Shown piece by piece: positions 1-12,719 of a stretch of 64,000 nt of DNA (within the stretch, counting starts at the first letter, position 1; every line of letters starts with the position of its first letter). Where the stretch lies: contig NC_069001.1 in the NCBI RefSeq assembly GCF_001194135.2, positions 15,864,423-15,928,422 on the forward strand, written 5' to 3'. Position numbers and translations under genes: made by a program. Origin of the DNA: Octopus bimaculoides (Eukaryota). The notes beneath the pieces were generated by a model. That model was not told the origin of the DNA. It worked only from the letters and a program-made list of their open reading frames with translations, and did no database searches.

Positions 1-1119
1 GGTTAAAGGAGACACATCGAGGAAAGCCAAATTAATTGCAGTATTTGTCAAGATAATATCTCTTATAAATGTATAGTGTTAAATGACACAAATATATATA
101 TTAGTGGTAGATGGAAATCATCAGGCAGTGGTGGTGAGAATGCTAGATGTGGTTGCCAGTGGATACTTGCTACTGACAAAGCCCCAAAAAACATAGACAC
201 ATCTAGTAATATCACCAGCACTTGGTATGCCTTTAGAGAAGTCCAGCATGTTGCAAGCATTGAGACCCAGGTCTCTGGTCTGAGAGTAGTCCCTGACCCA
301 TGGTTTCTAACTTACATTCCTTCTTCAGTTTCTGGGGTCATACAAAGCCATAGAAAAAGAAAAAGGAAATTTAATGTTCCTCTATCACAAGTATCATCCT
401 GGTACAACTTCTTAACAGCTAAGTAGAGTGAGTAATATAGAATACTGATCAGTTCAAAGACAACAAAATGCATACATGATCCATTGAGAGTAGCTATTCA
501 CAGTCACGCACTCTGCTAGAAACAACAGCCAAATCTTCCTAAATTCACACTCCAACCATCTTTTGAAAAATAATATACATTGGATAATGTAGATGTAATC
601 TAGAGAGATACAGAGTACCTGAGGAAAAAAAAAAAAAGATAGTCATGTATGGATTGGCTTTTTACACTCACATACAAACACCATGAGTTTCTTTCAGTTT
701 CTATTTACCAAATTCACTCACATAATTTTGGTCAGCCCAAAGTGCTACATAGTGGGACTGAACCCAAAACCATTTGGCTGAGAAGCAAACTTCTTAACCA
801 CATAGCCAAGTCTGATGAGTTATCTTTTAGTAATTTCTTTATGGGACTAAAATAATCACTTTTTGTGGGGTAGGATTCATCTGGAGAAAGGGACAATCTC
901 TATGGCCTTCACATGTCTTCCAAGACTGGTGAGATTTCCACAATTAATGTTTCCTCTTGAACAGATGCAAATTGACAGATCTTTTATATTATACTTGTTT
1001 CAGTTATTAAACTGTGACCTTCAACCTCCCACCTCATAGCTACCTGTTGCATGTGCTGGCACAGACATGTCTTCTGTCTCCCACTAGATCATCCTACCAG
1101 GGCTTTACTCTCATTTGAT

Positions 1120-1390
1120 GCAGCAGCTGTGAGCTGGAAGAGGCCTTATGGCAGGCCTTGCACCAAATGGCTGGACATGATTAAGGAAGATTTCTAGAAG
1201 TTCAATGTCACCTTGGAGGATGCAGAGAGGCTTGCACAGGACCACCAGCGATGGAGAGTACTGATGGACCTGGCTGGCTCTACACAAGACAATGTCTCTG
1301 GGACCATCAACCTGGGACAACCCAAACCCCATCAAGCAAGAGCATGATAGCAAGCAGCAAGCAAGGCCATGCTGAAGCACCACGTTGAAG
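1120..1390 (+). mobile_element. RTE-like LINE 3' fragment (degenerate)
   Basis: Translation from 1135 gives WKRPYGRPCTKWLDMIKEDF*KFNVTLEDAERLAQDHQRWRVLMDLAGST, the typical post-RT GRP..W.D.I.EDL / A.DR..WR C-terminus of RTE ORF2, followed by a (CAAG)n-like tail. Confidence 0.65.
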
Positions 1391-1845
1391 GGTTTTAGTT
1401 GAATAAATCAATTGCAGTACTTATTTTAAGCTTGGTACATATTCTATTGGTTTCTTTTGTCAAACTGCTAAATTAGGGGGACATAAACAAACCAACATCA
1501 GTTGTCAAGCAGCAGGCAATGGGAATGGTGTTGATAAGTACAGGCACAAAGATATGCACACAAATATATACAGGCTTCCACACAATTTCCATTGACCAAA
1601 TTCATTTACACAGCATTGGTTGGCCCAAGGTGCTGTACAGTGGGACTGAACCAAAAACCTCAGAGTTGCAAAGTGAGCTCCTTAACTACACTGCTATGAT
1701 GCATCTAAGGCAGGAGAAAAAAACAAAAACATAAAAATATGTTGGGAGGGAATTCCAGAGGATTGCATTATAGAGAGGAAGGACTGAAGAAGTGGAGTTC
1801 TATATTTAAGAGATGAGGAACTATGTACATTATTTACATTTGACA

Positions 1846-2051
1846 GGCATATGGCGTAGTGGTTAAGAGTGCGGGCTACTAACCCCAAGATTCCAAGTTC
1901 GATTCCAAGCAGTGACCTGAATATTAATAATAATAACAATCGAAAAATACCTTAGTAATGAGAACCCAGGTTCAAAATTTCCCCAAGACACCTGATGAAG
2001 GCTGGAGGGTATATCAGCCGAAATGTTGTGTTAACAACAAACAAGATGAGG
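1846..2051 (+). mobile_element. tRNA-headed short retroelement with a Penelope-like 3' module
   Basis: A box TGGCGTAGTGG (1852-1862), B box GTTCGATTCC (1897-1906), (AAT)n linker, then CTGATGAAGGCTG...CAGCCGAAATGTTGTG, as in Penelope-like terminal repeats. Confidence 0.65.
1987..2032 (+). ncRNA. Minimal type I hammerhead ribozyme motif
   Basis: Stem I GACAC/GTGTT, core CTGATGA (1992-1998) plus an extra A, stem II GGCTG/CAGCC, GAAA (2020-2023), loop-less stem III (A-U, U.G), GUU cleavage triplet at 2025-2027. Confidence 0.6.
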
Positions 2052-2319
2052 TTAGTAAGGTCATAGTGGAACTGCACATGAAATTCTTGACCAGAGAAAG
2101 AGGAGGGAAGGATGGAAAGAGTCACTACACAGTTGCTCATCTTGCTAGAAATAGTAGCCTAATCTCCCATCATAAAAAGTAAGAACACTGGTATACTAAA
2201 TGATTGAATAGTCACGGTTGGAGTACCTTCAAAAGTCCTAACCTGGAGCTGGCTAACAGCAATAATAAAAGCAACAACATGAGATGCAGTGTGATACCTT
2301 GTGGTAGCTGTAGTCGTAC

Positions 2320-2487
2320 CTGTTTGGCATGTGTTGCAAGCCATTGGTCATTGAGTTCTTCTAAGCTCTTTGGTTTGGAACTGGTCTTCTTTGGTGCCGG
2401 TGTCTCCTGTTCCATGTCAGACACTTCATCTTCCACAGGGTCTGGGGTGACAGTTGCATGCAGGACATAATTCTTTTGATGAGTGAA
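2320..2487 (-). CDS. ODR4: ODR4 homolog, coding exon 2
   Basis: AG acceptor (2488-2489) and GT donor (2318-2319), 168 nt, phase 0/0. FTHQKNYVLHATVTPDPVEDEVSDMEQETPAPKKTSSKPKSLEELNDQWLATHAKQ matches, from recall, vertebrate ODR4 SSQKDYVILATRTPP...LDEEWATEHACQ. Further exons lie left of the window. Confidence 0.88.
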
Positions 2488-4127
2488 CTAGAATTAAAAC
2501 AAAACAGAAAATAATAACACAAAAATAAAATAAAGCAATCGACTTCAGGCAACTAGAAGAATCATCATCATCCTTTAACATCTGTTTTCTATGCTGGCAT
2601 GGGTTGGATGGTTTGACCAGGGCTGGCAAGCTGGAAGGCTGCACCAGGTTCCAGTCTGATTTGACTTGGTTTCTACAGCTGGATGCCCTTCTTAATACTT
2701 GGGTGCTTTTAATGCACCACCAGCACAAGCCTAGGTATGTAGCACTGCCATGAGCACTTTTATGTGGCAACAGCACAAGTGCTATTTATGTGGCACCAAC
2801 ACAGGACAATCCTCTTCACTAGGGAATGTAGTCTTAATACTTCTGCTGTGGAGGACAGGTCTTCTTGAGTACAAAGTAATTAATCAAAAAAATCAAAGTA
2901 ATTAAACAAACTAATTAACCATTATCATCATTTAACACCTCTTTCATCTCAATCTCCCAATTATACTTTAACCATTCAACAAACATAAAGCCACTGCCCT
3001 CAGTGTCATTCCCTGTCCTAGCCAAGAGTCTTTGCCTTGGAAGTTACTTGGTGACCTCACTGGTGCTGGTGCCACATAAAAAGCACCCACTACATTCTGT
3101 AAAGTGGTTGGTATCAGGAAGGACATCCAGCTGTAGAAACCATGCCGAAACAGACAACAGAGCCTGGTGCAGTTCTTGTCAAACCATCCAACTCAAGCCA
3201 GCATGGAGAATGGACATTAAATGATGGTGATAATGATGGTGATTTTCCCTACTTTCATGGATCAGATGAAATTTATTGAAGAAGCAGATTCTTTACAGCC
3301 AGATGGATGCCTTTTCTATTGCCAACTCTCATTTATTTTCAAGTCAGGTAATATTTTCCCCATCACAAGACATGTTTTCACAGAAGATAGGAAACAAAAG
3401 ACATTGCTAGCATGACAGGGTTACTCATTTACAACTATCACACAGTCATGGCAAGGAGACAGTAACACACACATGATAGACTTCTTTCAATTTCCTTTTG
3501 CCAAATCCACTCATAAGGCTTTGGTCAACCCAGGACTATAGTAGAGTACACTTGCCAAAGATGCCCCACAGTGAGACTGAACCAGAAACCATGTGATTAG
3601 AAAGCAAACTTCTAACAACACAACAAATAAAGCTAAAAAACAAAACAAAAACAAATATTAATTATTGCAGTGGTTCAGCCCTAACTGAACTAGGCCCAAA
3701 CAATACTCTGATCACAGACAGTAGCAATCGTCTTTTACCTTTTGTTCTTACAGAGTCAACGAAAAAACTCATCAATCTAACAGGGTGGATTGGTAGAAGT
3801 GTGTCTTGCAAAATTCCTTCTGGTTACTATGATGTGGCAGAACTGTTAGGGCATCAGAAAAGTCACTATGCAGTATTTCTTCTGTTTATAAAGTGGCAAG
3901 CTAACAGAATCGTAAGCACACCAGGCAAAATGCTAAGTGACATTTCCTCCATCTTAATGTTCTGAGCATTTCTTCTAACTCCTTACACTTTGAGTTCAAA
4001 CTCCACCAAGGTCAACTCTGCCTTTTCTCCATAAAGTAACAATCAAGTACTGGTGTCAATATAACTGATTTCCCCTGAAATTGTTGGTCTTGTGCCTAAA
4101 TTTGAAAATGTTATTATTAATATTATT

Positions 4128-4570
4128 AAGGCAGTGAGCTGGCATAATTGTTAGCTTACCAGGTTAAATGCTTAGTGGTATTTCGTTTGCCACTACATTC
4201 TGAGTTCAAATTCTGCCAAGGTAGACTTTGCCTTTCATGCTTTTGGAGTCGATAAATTAAGTGCCAGTTGCGTACTGGAGTTGATCTACTCAACTGCTCC
4301 CCCACCTCACCCAAAATTCCAGGCCTTGTGCTTATAGTAGAAAGGATTATTATTATTATTATTATTATTATTAAGGCATTGAGCTAGCAGAATCACCAGC
4401 AAGCTTGACATTTTGTTTGTCTTTACATTCAGAGTTCAAATTCTGCTGAGGTCAACGTTGCCTGTCATCCTTCTGGGGTTGATGAAATAAGTATTGGTTG
4501 TGCATTGGGGTCAATGTAATCAACTAACCCCCTTCCCAAAATCTTCAGGCTTTGTGTCTACAAGGATGAT
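4128..4570 (+). mobile_element. Two tandem copies of tRNA-headed SINE family A (AAGGCGGTGAGCTGGCAGAAT... head, (ATT)n tail)
   Basis: Shared blocks GAGTTCAAATTCYGCCRAGGTCRACTTTGCCTTTCAT and GGCCTTGTG...ATTATT. At least 20 further copies in the window (e.g. 11150-11335, 23755-24155, 30610-30820, 39058-39715, 41125-41605, 51698-51907). Confidence 0.85.
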
Positions 4571-4659
4571 TATCATTATTCACTGCAGAATACATAAGAT
4601 GTATTTTTGATAATACTGCGTAGTCTCTGTTTAAATTAATGTTTTCACTTGTCTGGTAT

Positions 4660-4830
4660 CATCATCATCGTTTAACGTCCACTTTCCATGCTAGCATGGG
4701 TTGGACGATTTGACTGAGGACTGGTGAACCAGATGGCTATGCCAGGCTCCAATCTGATTTGGCAGAGTTTCTACAGCTGGATGCCCTTCCTAATGCCAAC
4801 CACTCCAAGAGTGTAGTGGGTGCTTGTACG
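4660..4830 (-). mobile_element. RTE-tail repeat family C ending in (GAT)n
   Basis: Reverse complement is nearly identical to 58305-58460 and 61420-61580 (TTAGGAAGGGCATCCAGCTGTAGAAAC...CCAACCCATGCTAGCATGGAAAG...GATGATG). About 15 copies in the window. Confidence 0.8.
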
Positions 4831-5099
4831 TGCCTCACCACCTCATCCCAGGTCTTCCTGGGCCTACCTCCTGTGTCTAATTTTTGTTATATTTCATTAT
4901 GGAGAGAACTATGAATCTTTTGGTTGGTGTTTTGTATAATATCAGCAGTAACAAGTTCAGAAGCAGCAGTAACAACAACAACGAGAGCAAACCCACTTTT
5001 GCAGGTGTAGTAAAGCAAACGTAACTAATCATAGTCTCCCTCAAAGATAAGCAGTGAAAGTTAGAGGGGGAAGCTTGTTATAGAAAGACTGAGGGAAAG

Positions 5100-8000
5100 A
5101 AAGTGTTTATAGAACCCTTGCCAAGACTTCTCAAAATATTTTTAAAAGAACATGCTACTGGTGCATCTCTGCGAGAAGATGCTGCCTAGAGAATTCAACT
5201 AATGGTCAGGTGGAAAGGGCCTTAAAAAATATAGGAAGATATTCAGTACATGTCCAGAGCCATGCAATATGGGAGGGAGCATAAAAATCTTATTCAAGAC
5301 CAAGGTACTCACTCTGAAACACTCCATGGTCCCCTTGGGTGAGTGAGGACATCACTCTGTTTTCTAAGTACAAAGAACAGCCTGAGTAAAAACTGAAGGT
5401 ATCCCACCAGAGTATGACTTGTGGTGGCTGCTATGCTGTATGGACTTAAAGCAGAGTGACATGCTACTTGATGTGCAGCATACAGAGCAGAAGATCTTTT
5501 CTGGGACTGACTTGGAGATAGTCCATAAAAAAGCAGAGGATCTAGAAAGGATCCCAGTTGTGATTTCCCTGAAAAATGGGAGGGAGCTGCATGTGATTAT
5601 GGGATGCAGAAAACAGATGCCATGTGTGTGGGACCAGCAACAACCCCAGGGCATTCTACTCCCCAACAATGACAAGAAGACAGAGGAAAAGAGACTTCCA
5701 CTGCTACCAACACCATCACTGCAACAACAACTTCAACAAAACTGTGCAACAACAGAAGCGGTACCGACTGTCAGAGCAAGGAAAAAAAGGAAGGAAAGAC
5801 AATAATAACTGGACCAGTATCTTCAGCAACAACAGAAAAATTGACACCATCCACAATCACAGCAACAACAGTAACATCATCAACTCTGATCAGAGTAGCA
5901 ACTAAGAATATTGACAGTCAAGAAATAATCACCATCCAGGAGACATATCAACCCTTTCTCTCTCTCTCTCTCTCTTTCTCTCCCTGCCTGCCCCTGTTTA
6001 CTCCTCACCTACATTCAAAATCACAGATATAATCACAGAAGAAAACATACCCCTAACCCCATTGAGGTGGGGTTTTCCAGCCATATATCAGGTGACAAGG
6101 GGGAAGTGGGTGGGAAGGATAGCAAAAAGAAAAACAACAGAAAAATCAAAAAGTAACAAAACACAAAACTGCACCAACTTAACATTGACCCCAAACAACT
6201 CCAAATGCACAAACAAACACACTAACAGCAACAAAAAGACAATACACAAATAAAATAACAACAAACACACACAAGAGGAAAACCAGAAGATAAACACACC
6301 CACAACAAGTTGCACCCAACTTTTGTGTTGGTAAGAAAAAGAATAAAGAATACTCTCTTACAAAGAGGAAACAGAGACAGAAGGGGAGTTCTTCACAAAC
6401 AACACAGCCAATGTCCCAGAGGTTCTGAAATTAGTTATGCTACCAATTAGTTGTTGTTATAGGAAAATAAGGGAGTGCTTTCCATATGATGTTGTGAATC
6501 TAAACATCTTGGCCTCAAATTGGCTACTGCAGGGTTTCCCCAAAGAACCCCATACAGAAAACGAATTGTCACACGTTCAGGTGTCAACCAGAGAATCTTT
6601 AAAGTAAGTGACCTTTTCTCTTCTTCCATTCTTACTGATCAACAAGGTGATCTTAAGAGAGGGTAGAATAAATGCAAGTGACCGGGAGTCACCCTGAAAG
6701 CAGGGCTGCCTGATCAATGACCTCAGGTTACTGGGTTTGATGTGGTAGCTGTCAGTGAAAGCAGGATTTCTAATACACATCTTAGCACCCATTTTTGATG
6801 ATTCTTGAGATCTTTACATTCTCTTACTTGATCCAGAATGACAGGGGGTGTTGTTCAGAAAAGGTCTGGGCCCCACGATACAGTCAATCTTCCTGGATCC
6901 AGATAGTAAGTGGTGGTCCAAGACCTAATGGTAGTGAAAGTGGTGCTTTTAGACTAGTTGCTGAGTATGCCCTGACTGGGATGGGGCAGCTGGATTCTTC
7001 AGGCATTTGGAAGTTTTCCTCAAGACATCCAACTCTTTAATGCTTGTGGGCAATTAGAATGCTATTGTGGATGCATATCTGGATTGTGTGGGGCTAGCTG
7101 ATAGGGGAGTGGGTGTAAAAGCCCGATAAACCTGCTCAAATGCTTCCAAGTGGCTGACAGGTGATGACTGAATTTCCCAAATGCACCAATGTGGACATGG
7201 GCAAACAGCATCAGGTCATCTGGATCATATCTAGATAGGGTATTCTGTAGGCCAGTAGACAGAAGTCCACAATTCAAAGCTTTATCTTTATATGCCAGAC
7301 TTGTTTGGTGATCCCTTGGCAAATGTCTACTGATGTGTTGGTGCTATTGAGAAAGGACCTGAACAAGGGGGACCATATCGATAATTTTAGGCCTGTAACT
7401 ACTTAATGCAGATTACAAGATTTTGGCCAAGTTATTAGCCAAGAGTTTGGCACTTGATAGACTGGTTGGTGATGCACAGCAAACGTGCTATCCCAAACAG
7501 ATCTATCCACAACCTCCACCTCATGCCATACATCATAAAGAGGGTAGGTAAAGGCCCTGACTGATTTGGATCAAGTAAAAGCATTCTATAGGGTTGACCA
7601 CCAATATTTGGAGGCTGTTCTCATGGTGGCTGCTTTTGGGCCTGTTTTCAGAGGCTGGATTACTACAATGTACAGCAACATTTGCTCCGTGGGTAAAGTA
7701 AATGACTACCTGTTGAAATTATTTAGCATTGCACTTTCAATGTGTTAAGAATGCCCACACTCATCCCCTCTGTATGTGCTGGCTTTCAAACCATTGCTAC
7801 AGAAGTGGGGTGCTTCAAGGAGCATCCCATGTGAATTAGGATGTGGTAGATTTGTGTTAGCTTATGTGGATGAAGTCACCTAATAGTGTTGACTGAACAT
7901 CTCAGAAATCAAAGTCACCAGCACTACTTTAAGGGAGTATAAAGTGATGACAGGAGCAAAGACTAACCAGGGGAAGTTGGTGGACCTGCAGCTTAGCACC

Positions 8001-9140
8001 TGAAGAGGCAGGTCCATGCCACCCAACAGTGTCATGGGGCAATGGAGTATAAGACCAGTGAAATTACTTATAGTTTGGTTTGATCCAGACCTCCAGGTGG
8101 ATGAAAACTTCAGGTGCTGACGAGAAAGCAGGCCAGTCTAACCCAGAAATGATCCAAGAGGAAGCTGTTCCTGAAAGGTCAGGCAGAGGTGGAAAAAACA
8201 GACTTTGCCTCCATCATCTACTACTGCCTGACTTTTGTCCCTTGCCCTGCTTCATTGATCAAGCTGAAGCACTCTTTCCATGAAAGGAACAGGTTTTATT
8301 TGTCAGATGGTCCATTTACTGTGACTAATAACGCACAGACAAGTGCTGAAGCTGTGACAACTCCAGCAATTCCTTGAAGTTCCACCTTGGGGTTCTATAG
8401 GGGATTAGTGGTAGGCAAGAGTAATGATATCCTCTAGAAATTTCTGGTCAGATTAGTTGGCTGGTCTTTTCTAAAGGACATTTGGACTGAACCTATGGAT
8501 AATTTTCAGAAATCGCTGACTTGACAGTACTAACATGGGTCTCTGTTGTTTCAAGATAAGCTCTACAGGCATGGAAATGCTGTCAGATGGTCTAACCAAG
8601 ATGCACATGGTGAAGAAACTATTCTGCAAGCACTCATCCAGTTACTGACTCATGGAGCATTGTCAAACAGCACATGTAAAGCAGATCTGGCTGACGTCCA
8701 AGTTTATCTTGAGGATCATAGTGTCGCCTTTCTTTGGCTATGATGAAAGAGGCAGTGTAGTGGATGAGGTTGAAAGGAAGACATACTTTCCTTTTCAGCC
8801 AAAACCTGATTGACTTTCTCAAGTTGAAAAGGGAAGTGCTGCCCACCAGTGTTTTTGATGAAATACCGGTCAAGGAGGTGAGGATGGCCCATGTAACTGG
8901 GCCTACTCTCAGCATGAACCAGTAGTCTAGAGGGAATGAAGAAGCAAGGTGTGCTTGCCTGATGTGCTCCTGAGGTGTACAGGAGTGGAGTTCTCCCTTT
9001 GGGAGAATTTTATTGTTTAATATTTTATTATTAATTGTTACTGTTTTTCTGTTTTACATGTAAACCCCTACTGTCCTTTGTTTTTTGTTGCCATTTGTTT
9101 TGAGTGCGGCACTTGTGGCCAATAAAGAAAAAAATCATTA
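5100..9140 (+). mobile_element. Degenerate Tx1/L1-clade non-LTR retrotransposon
   Basis: APE endonuclease remnants (GAFRLVAEYA ~6945-6970; LMLVGN*NAIVD ~7035-7075) and RT motifs LDQVKAFYRVDHQYL (7566 ORF), LYVLAFKPL and AYVDEVT (7860-7880). Q/N/T-rich ORF1-like region at 5400-5900. 3' end CTTGTGGCCAATAAAGAAAAAAAT. Many stops and frameshifts; 5' boundary approximate, and a nested antisense fragment near 6040-6330 is possible. Confidence 0.85.
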
Positions 9141-9156
9141 TTCTTTATTAAGGCTA

Positions 9157-11149
9157 TGGCATAACTACAGATGTGTACCCCACCGACTTCTTTGCCTCAT
9201 AACTTCCAGAAAACCGGATACTTTTTAACGAAATTTTCAACAAATACTGCTTAGATGCTGTGGATTCAGAGTATCTAGGGATTTATGGGAAAGAATTTTT
9301 CCGAGGGGGTGGGGAGAGGAGTTTCGGAAAATTCATACGATCCAACTTTTTTCCCTCATAACTTTATGGGAAATGGATATCTTTTGAAAAAACGGAGTTT
9401 TGGATCAGGAAGACCAAATAAGTTTTAACTACTCCATTTTGACAGGGATTNNNNNNNNNNNNNNNNNNNNNNNNNNNNNNNNNNNNNNNNNNNNNNNNNN
9501 NNNNNNNNNNNNNNNNNNNNNNNNNNNNNNNNNNNNNNNNNNNNNNNNNNNNNNNNNNNNNNNNNNNNNNNNNNNNNNNNNNNNNNNNNNNNNNNNNNNN
9601 NNNNNNNNNNNNNNNNNNNNNNNNNNNNNNNNNNNNNNNNNNNNNNNNNNNNNNNNNNNNNNNNNNNNNNNNNNNNNNNNNNNNNNNNNNNNNNNNNNNN
9701 NNNNNNNNNNNNNNNNNNNNNNNNNNNNNNNNNNNNNNNNNNNNNNNNNNNNNNNNNNNNNNNNNNNNNNNNNNNNNNNNNNNNNNNNNNNNNNNNNNNN
9801 NNNNNNNNNNNNNNNNNNNNNNNNNNNNNNNNNNNNNNNNNNNNNNNNNNNNNNNNNNNNNNNNNNNNNNNNNNNNNNNNNNNNNNNNNNNNNNNNNNNN
9901 NNNNNNNNNNNNNNNNNNNNNNNNNNNNNNNNNNNNNNNNNNNNNNNNNNNNNNNNNNNNNNNNNNNNNNNNNNNNNNNNNNNNNNNNNNNNNNNNNNNN
10001 NNNNNNNNNNNNNNNNNNNNNNNNNNNNNNNNNNNNNNNNNNNNNNNNNNNNNNNNNNNNNNNNNNNNNNNNNNNNNNNNNNNNNNNNNNNNNNNNNNNN
10101 NNNNNNNNNNNNNNNNNNNNNNNNNNNNNNNNNAAAAAATAAACAAAAAAAAGAAATTGTAATTTAAATTTTTACCCCCACCTCAATCAAGCGAAGCCGT
10201 ATGTGCGTGTAAGAAAAACATTTTCTAACAGGAAAAGTATGCTAGTAAAATGAATTATCGTTTACACACCTCTTTTTTAAATCACTGGGTATAAATGCCG
10301 ATAATGACCTCAGGCTCTCCAATATTTTAATTTATAAACAGAAACAATCGGGGGCTGGGAGTGGGGTTGAAAAAAAAAAAACCATTTTTCAAATTTTATT
10401 TTTTATAGCATAGAAATGTATTTATGGGGAGAAAAATACTGAAAAACATGCGAGAGTGAGAAAGAAACGAGGAGGGTTGTCTTGGGATGTGCTAGAAACA
10501 ACAACCAAATCTCCCTTAAATCATTCACTTTTTCCTCTGAAAATATTTACAATCTTTTAAATATTTTTGTTACCGAAAGGGTTTCCTCCCATGGTTTTGA
10601 AGTGCAAATAAAAGTGGCCAAAATCTGTCCGGAGTGGAATGATGAGGGTGGAGGAGAGGGAGAATTGGTACCAAAAACATTTTCAGAACTTTTTTTCATA
10701 AAAAGATGTTCCCCACCCATCATTTCGAAGGCTGTGGCTTAAAAAAACGGGGAAAATCCCCGTCAAAACGGAGTTGTTCAAACTTATTTGGTCTTCCTGA
10801 TCCGAAACACCGTTTCTTTCCAAATTCATCCCCCCAAGCCCTTGGAAAAACGTTTTCCCCACAAATTTCTTTATAATCCTAGTATATGCCATTTCAAGTG
10901 TATTTGTATAAAATTTCATTAAAGGATATCCACTTTCTTGAAAGTTATAAGGGAAAAACGTCGGATCGTGTGAATTTTCCGAAACTCCTCTCCCCACCCC
11001 CTCGGAAAAATTCTTTCCAATAAATCCCTAGATACTCCGAATCCACAGTATCTAAGAGGTATTTGTTGAAAATTTCGTTAAAAAGTATCCATTATTCTGC
11101 AAGTTATGAGGCAACGAAATCGGTGGGGTACACATCTGTAGTTATGCCA
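9157..11149. mobile_element. Non-autonomous DNA transposon with very long terminal inverted repeats (unclassified)
   Basis: Ends TGGCATAACTACAGATGTGTACCCCACCGA / TCGGTGGGGTACACATCTGTAGTTATGCCA. Inverted similarity continues ~290 bp up to the gap at 9451, with ~100 bp extra in the right arm. Interior includes N gap 9451-10133. Confidence 0.85.
9451..10133. other. Assembly gap (further gaps at 15224-15630, 17925-17982, 24898-25397, 33751-34122, 38668-38682, 54543-54775, 61067-61236)
   Basis: Runs of N; the poly-X ORFs in the track are artefacts of them. Confidence 0.99.
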
Positions 11150-12719
11150 AGGCGGCGAGCTGACAATCGTTATCGCGCCGGAAAAATGCTAAGCGACGTT
11201 TCTTCCAACTTTATGTTCTGAGTTCAAATGCCGCCGGAACTGACTTTCTTTTTCATAATTTAGGGGTACCAGTTTAGCATTGAGGTCCACTTCCTCGAAA
11301 TTGTTGGCCTTGTGCCAAAATTTGAAGCCAATATTATTATGAAATGGCTCCGTCCTGTAGAGATTGTAGATATGACCATGGATAACCTTATAAGGTAAAA
11401 ATATCCTTTATTAGTATATACCCGCTAAACAGCAAAATCAATACCTGAGAAAGTCTGAATAGTAAATCAATAGAGATTATAGCAACCAATCACTGCAGCT
11501 CCGTAAACTACACGATCGCCGCATTACAAAAATATACTCTGCGTAGTAAAGAATACAGCCTGTTGTGGACTAATGCAGGTGTAGAGGTCTTCATTCATTG
11601 AATGATTAAGCAAATAAAATTAACTTTAGAACTATACGCTTACTTCAAGTAATAAATCAACGTTCAGCCCGCTAGATATAGCAACCAAATCTCCCCCACG
11701 TCATCATATCTTATAGTCAAGGGATTTGACTGAAGGTAAAATGATACCTCAACAAGATTTAATTTTGTAACATCTGATACAGTAGTGTGTTTTATGCTGA
11801 AATTACGTTGAAAAACCTCGTTGGAAAAAAAAATCATGAAACCGACAGGTATACATCATCTATGATAATTCCATTCACCTCTAGAATGCCTTTAAAGGGT
11901 TATAACCAGTGCGCCCCTTCCATCCCCAATTTACTTATATCTCATAAGGTGCCAGTTCTATACAGGAGGGTACCATACTTAGCTGCAGACCAAGGGCTTA
12001 CACTCTATGGAAACAAAAAGTTGTTCTAATTAAATATTATCTTTTGTCAGTTTTTGATTACGAATATTGTGTATTAATTACTGCATATCAATCGCGTGTT
12101 AATTAACTGTTAGGTACACTTTTAAATATGCAATTAAAGTACAAAAGTAATTTATTATAACGTCAGAATTATCTGTGCCTCTTAAAATATCAATTGTAGA
12201 GTTTCTTATGCGCTACAATTACGTTGCCAATATTTTTCAGGATCAACAATTAAGGTACCAAGTTATATCGCGAAAGTATTTAGCATCTTTTGTACTAATG
12301 AGATAAAATGGTTTGATTAAAGTTTTAAGTAGAACGACTCATTATCAACAAGAAAAGAAAGTAATTTTGAAGTTTCTAACATCATTTTCAGTTCATTGAC
12401 CCTCTTTACACACAAGTGGAAACTAGACTAGACAACATTGTTTGTTTATGGAAACTATGACGGCAACTAATATATCTACATCCTTTTATAGATTAAAACG
12501 GATTTTCACCAGGTCAGTAACTGGAGTCCTGTTGGTTGATGCTTCTTTTAATAAGTGTATATAAATATAAATGTCTGGGTATAAATAAATATTTTAAATA
12601 TAACCATGAGAGTTTGTTCCTTTTAATTTCTTGTTAAAGTAATTCGGTTTATAAATGGAACCTTGTATAACCTGAAAGAGTGATCCCTGTCTGCTCTAGA
12701 ACGATCTATTATCATTATT

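Noticed and set aside
2212-2319. Poly-Leu hydrophobic tail made by reading through the ODR4 exon 2 donor
   Set aside because: It derives from a (TTG/TTA)-type low-complexity intron stretch; no evidence of intron retention.
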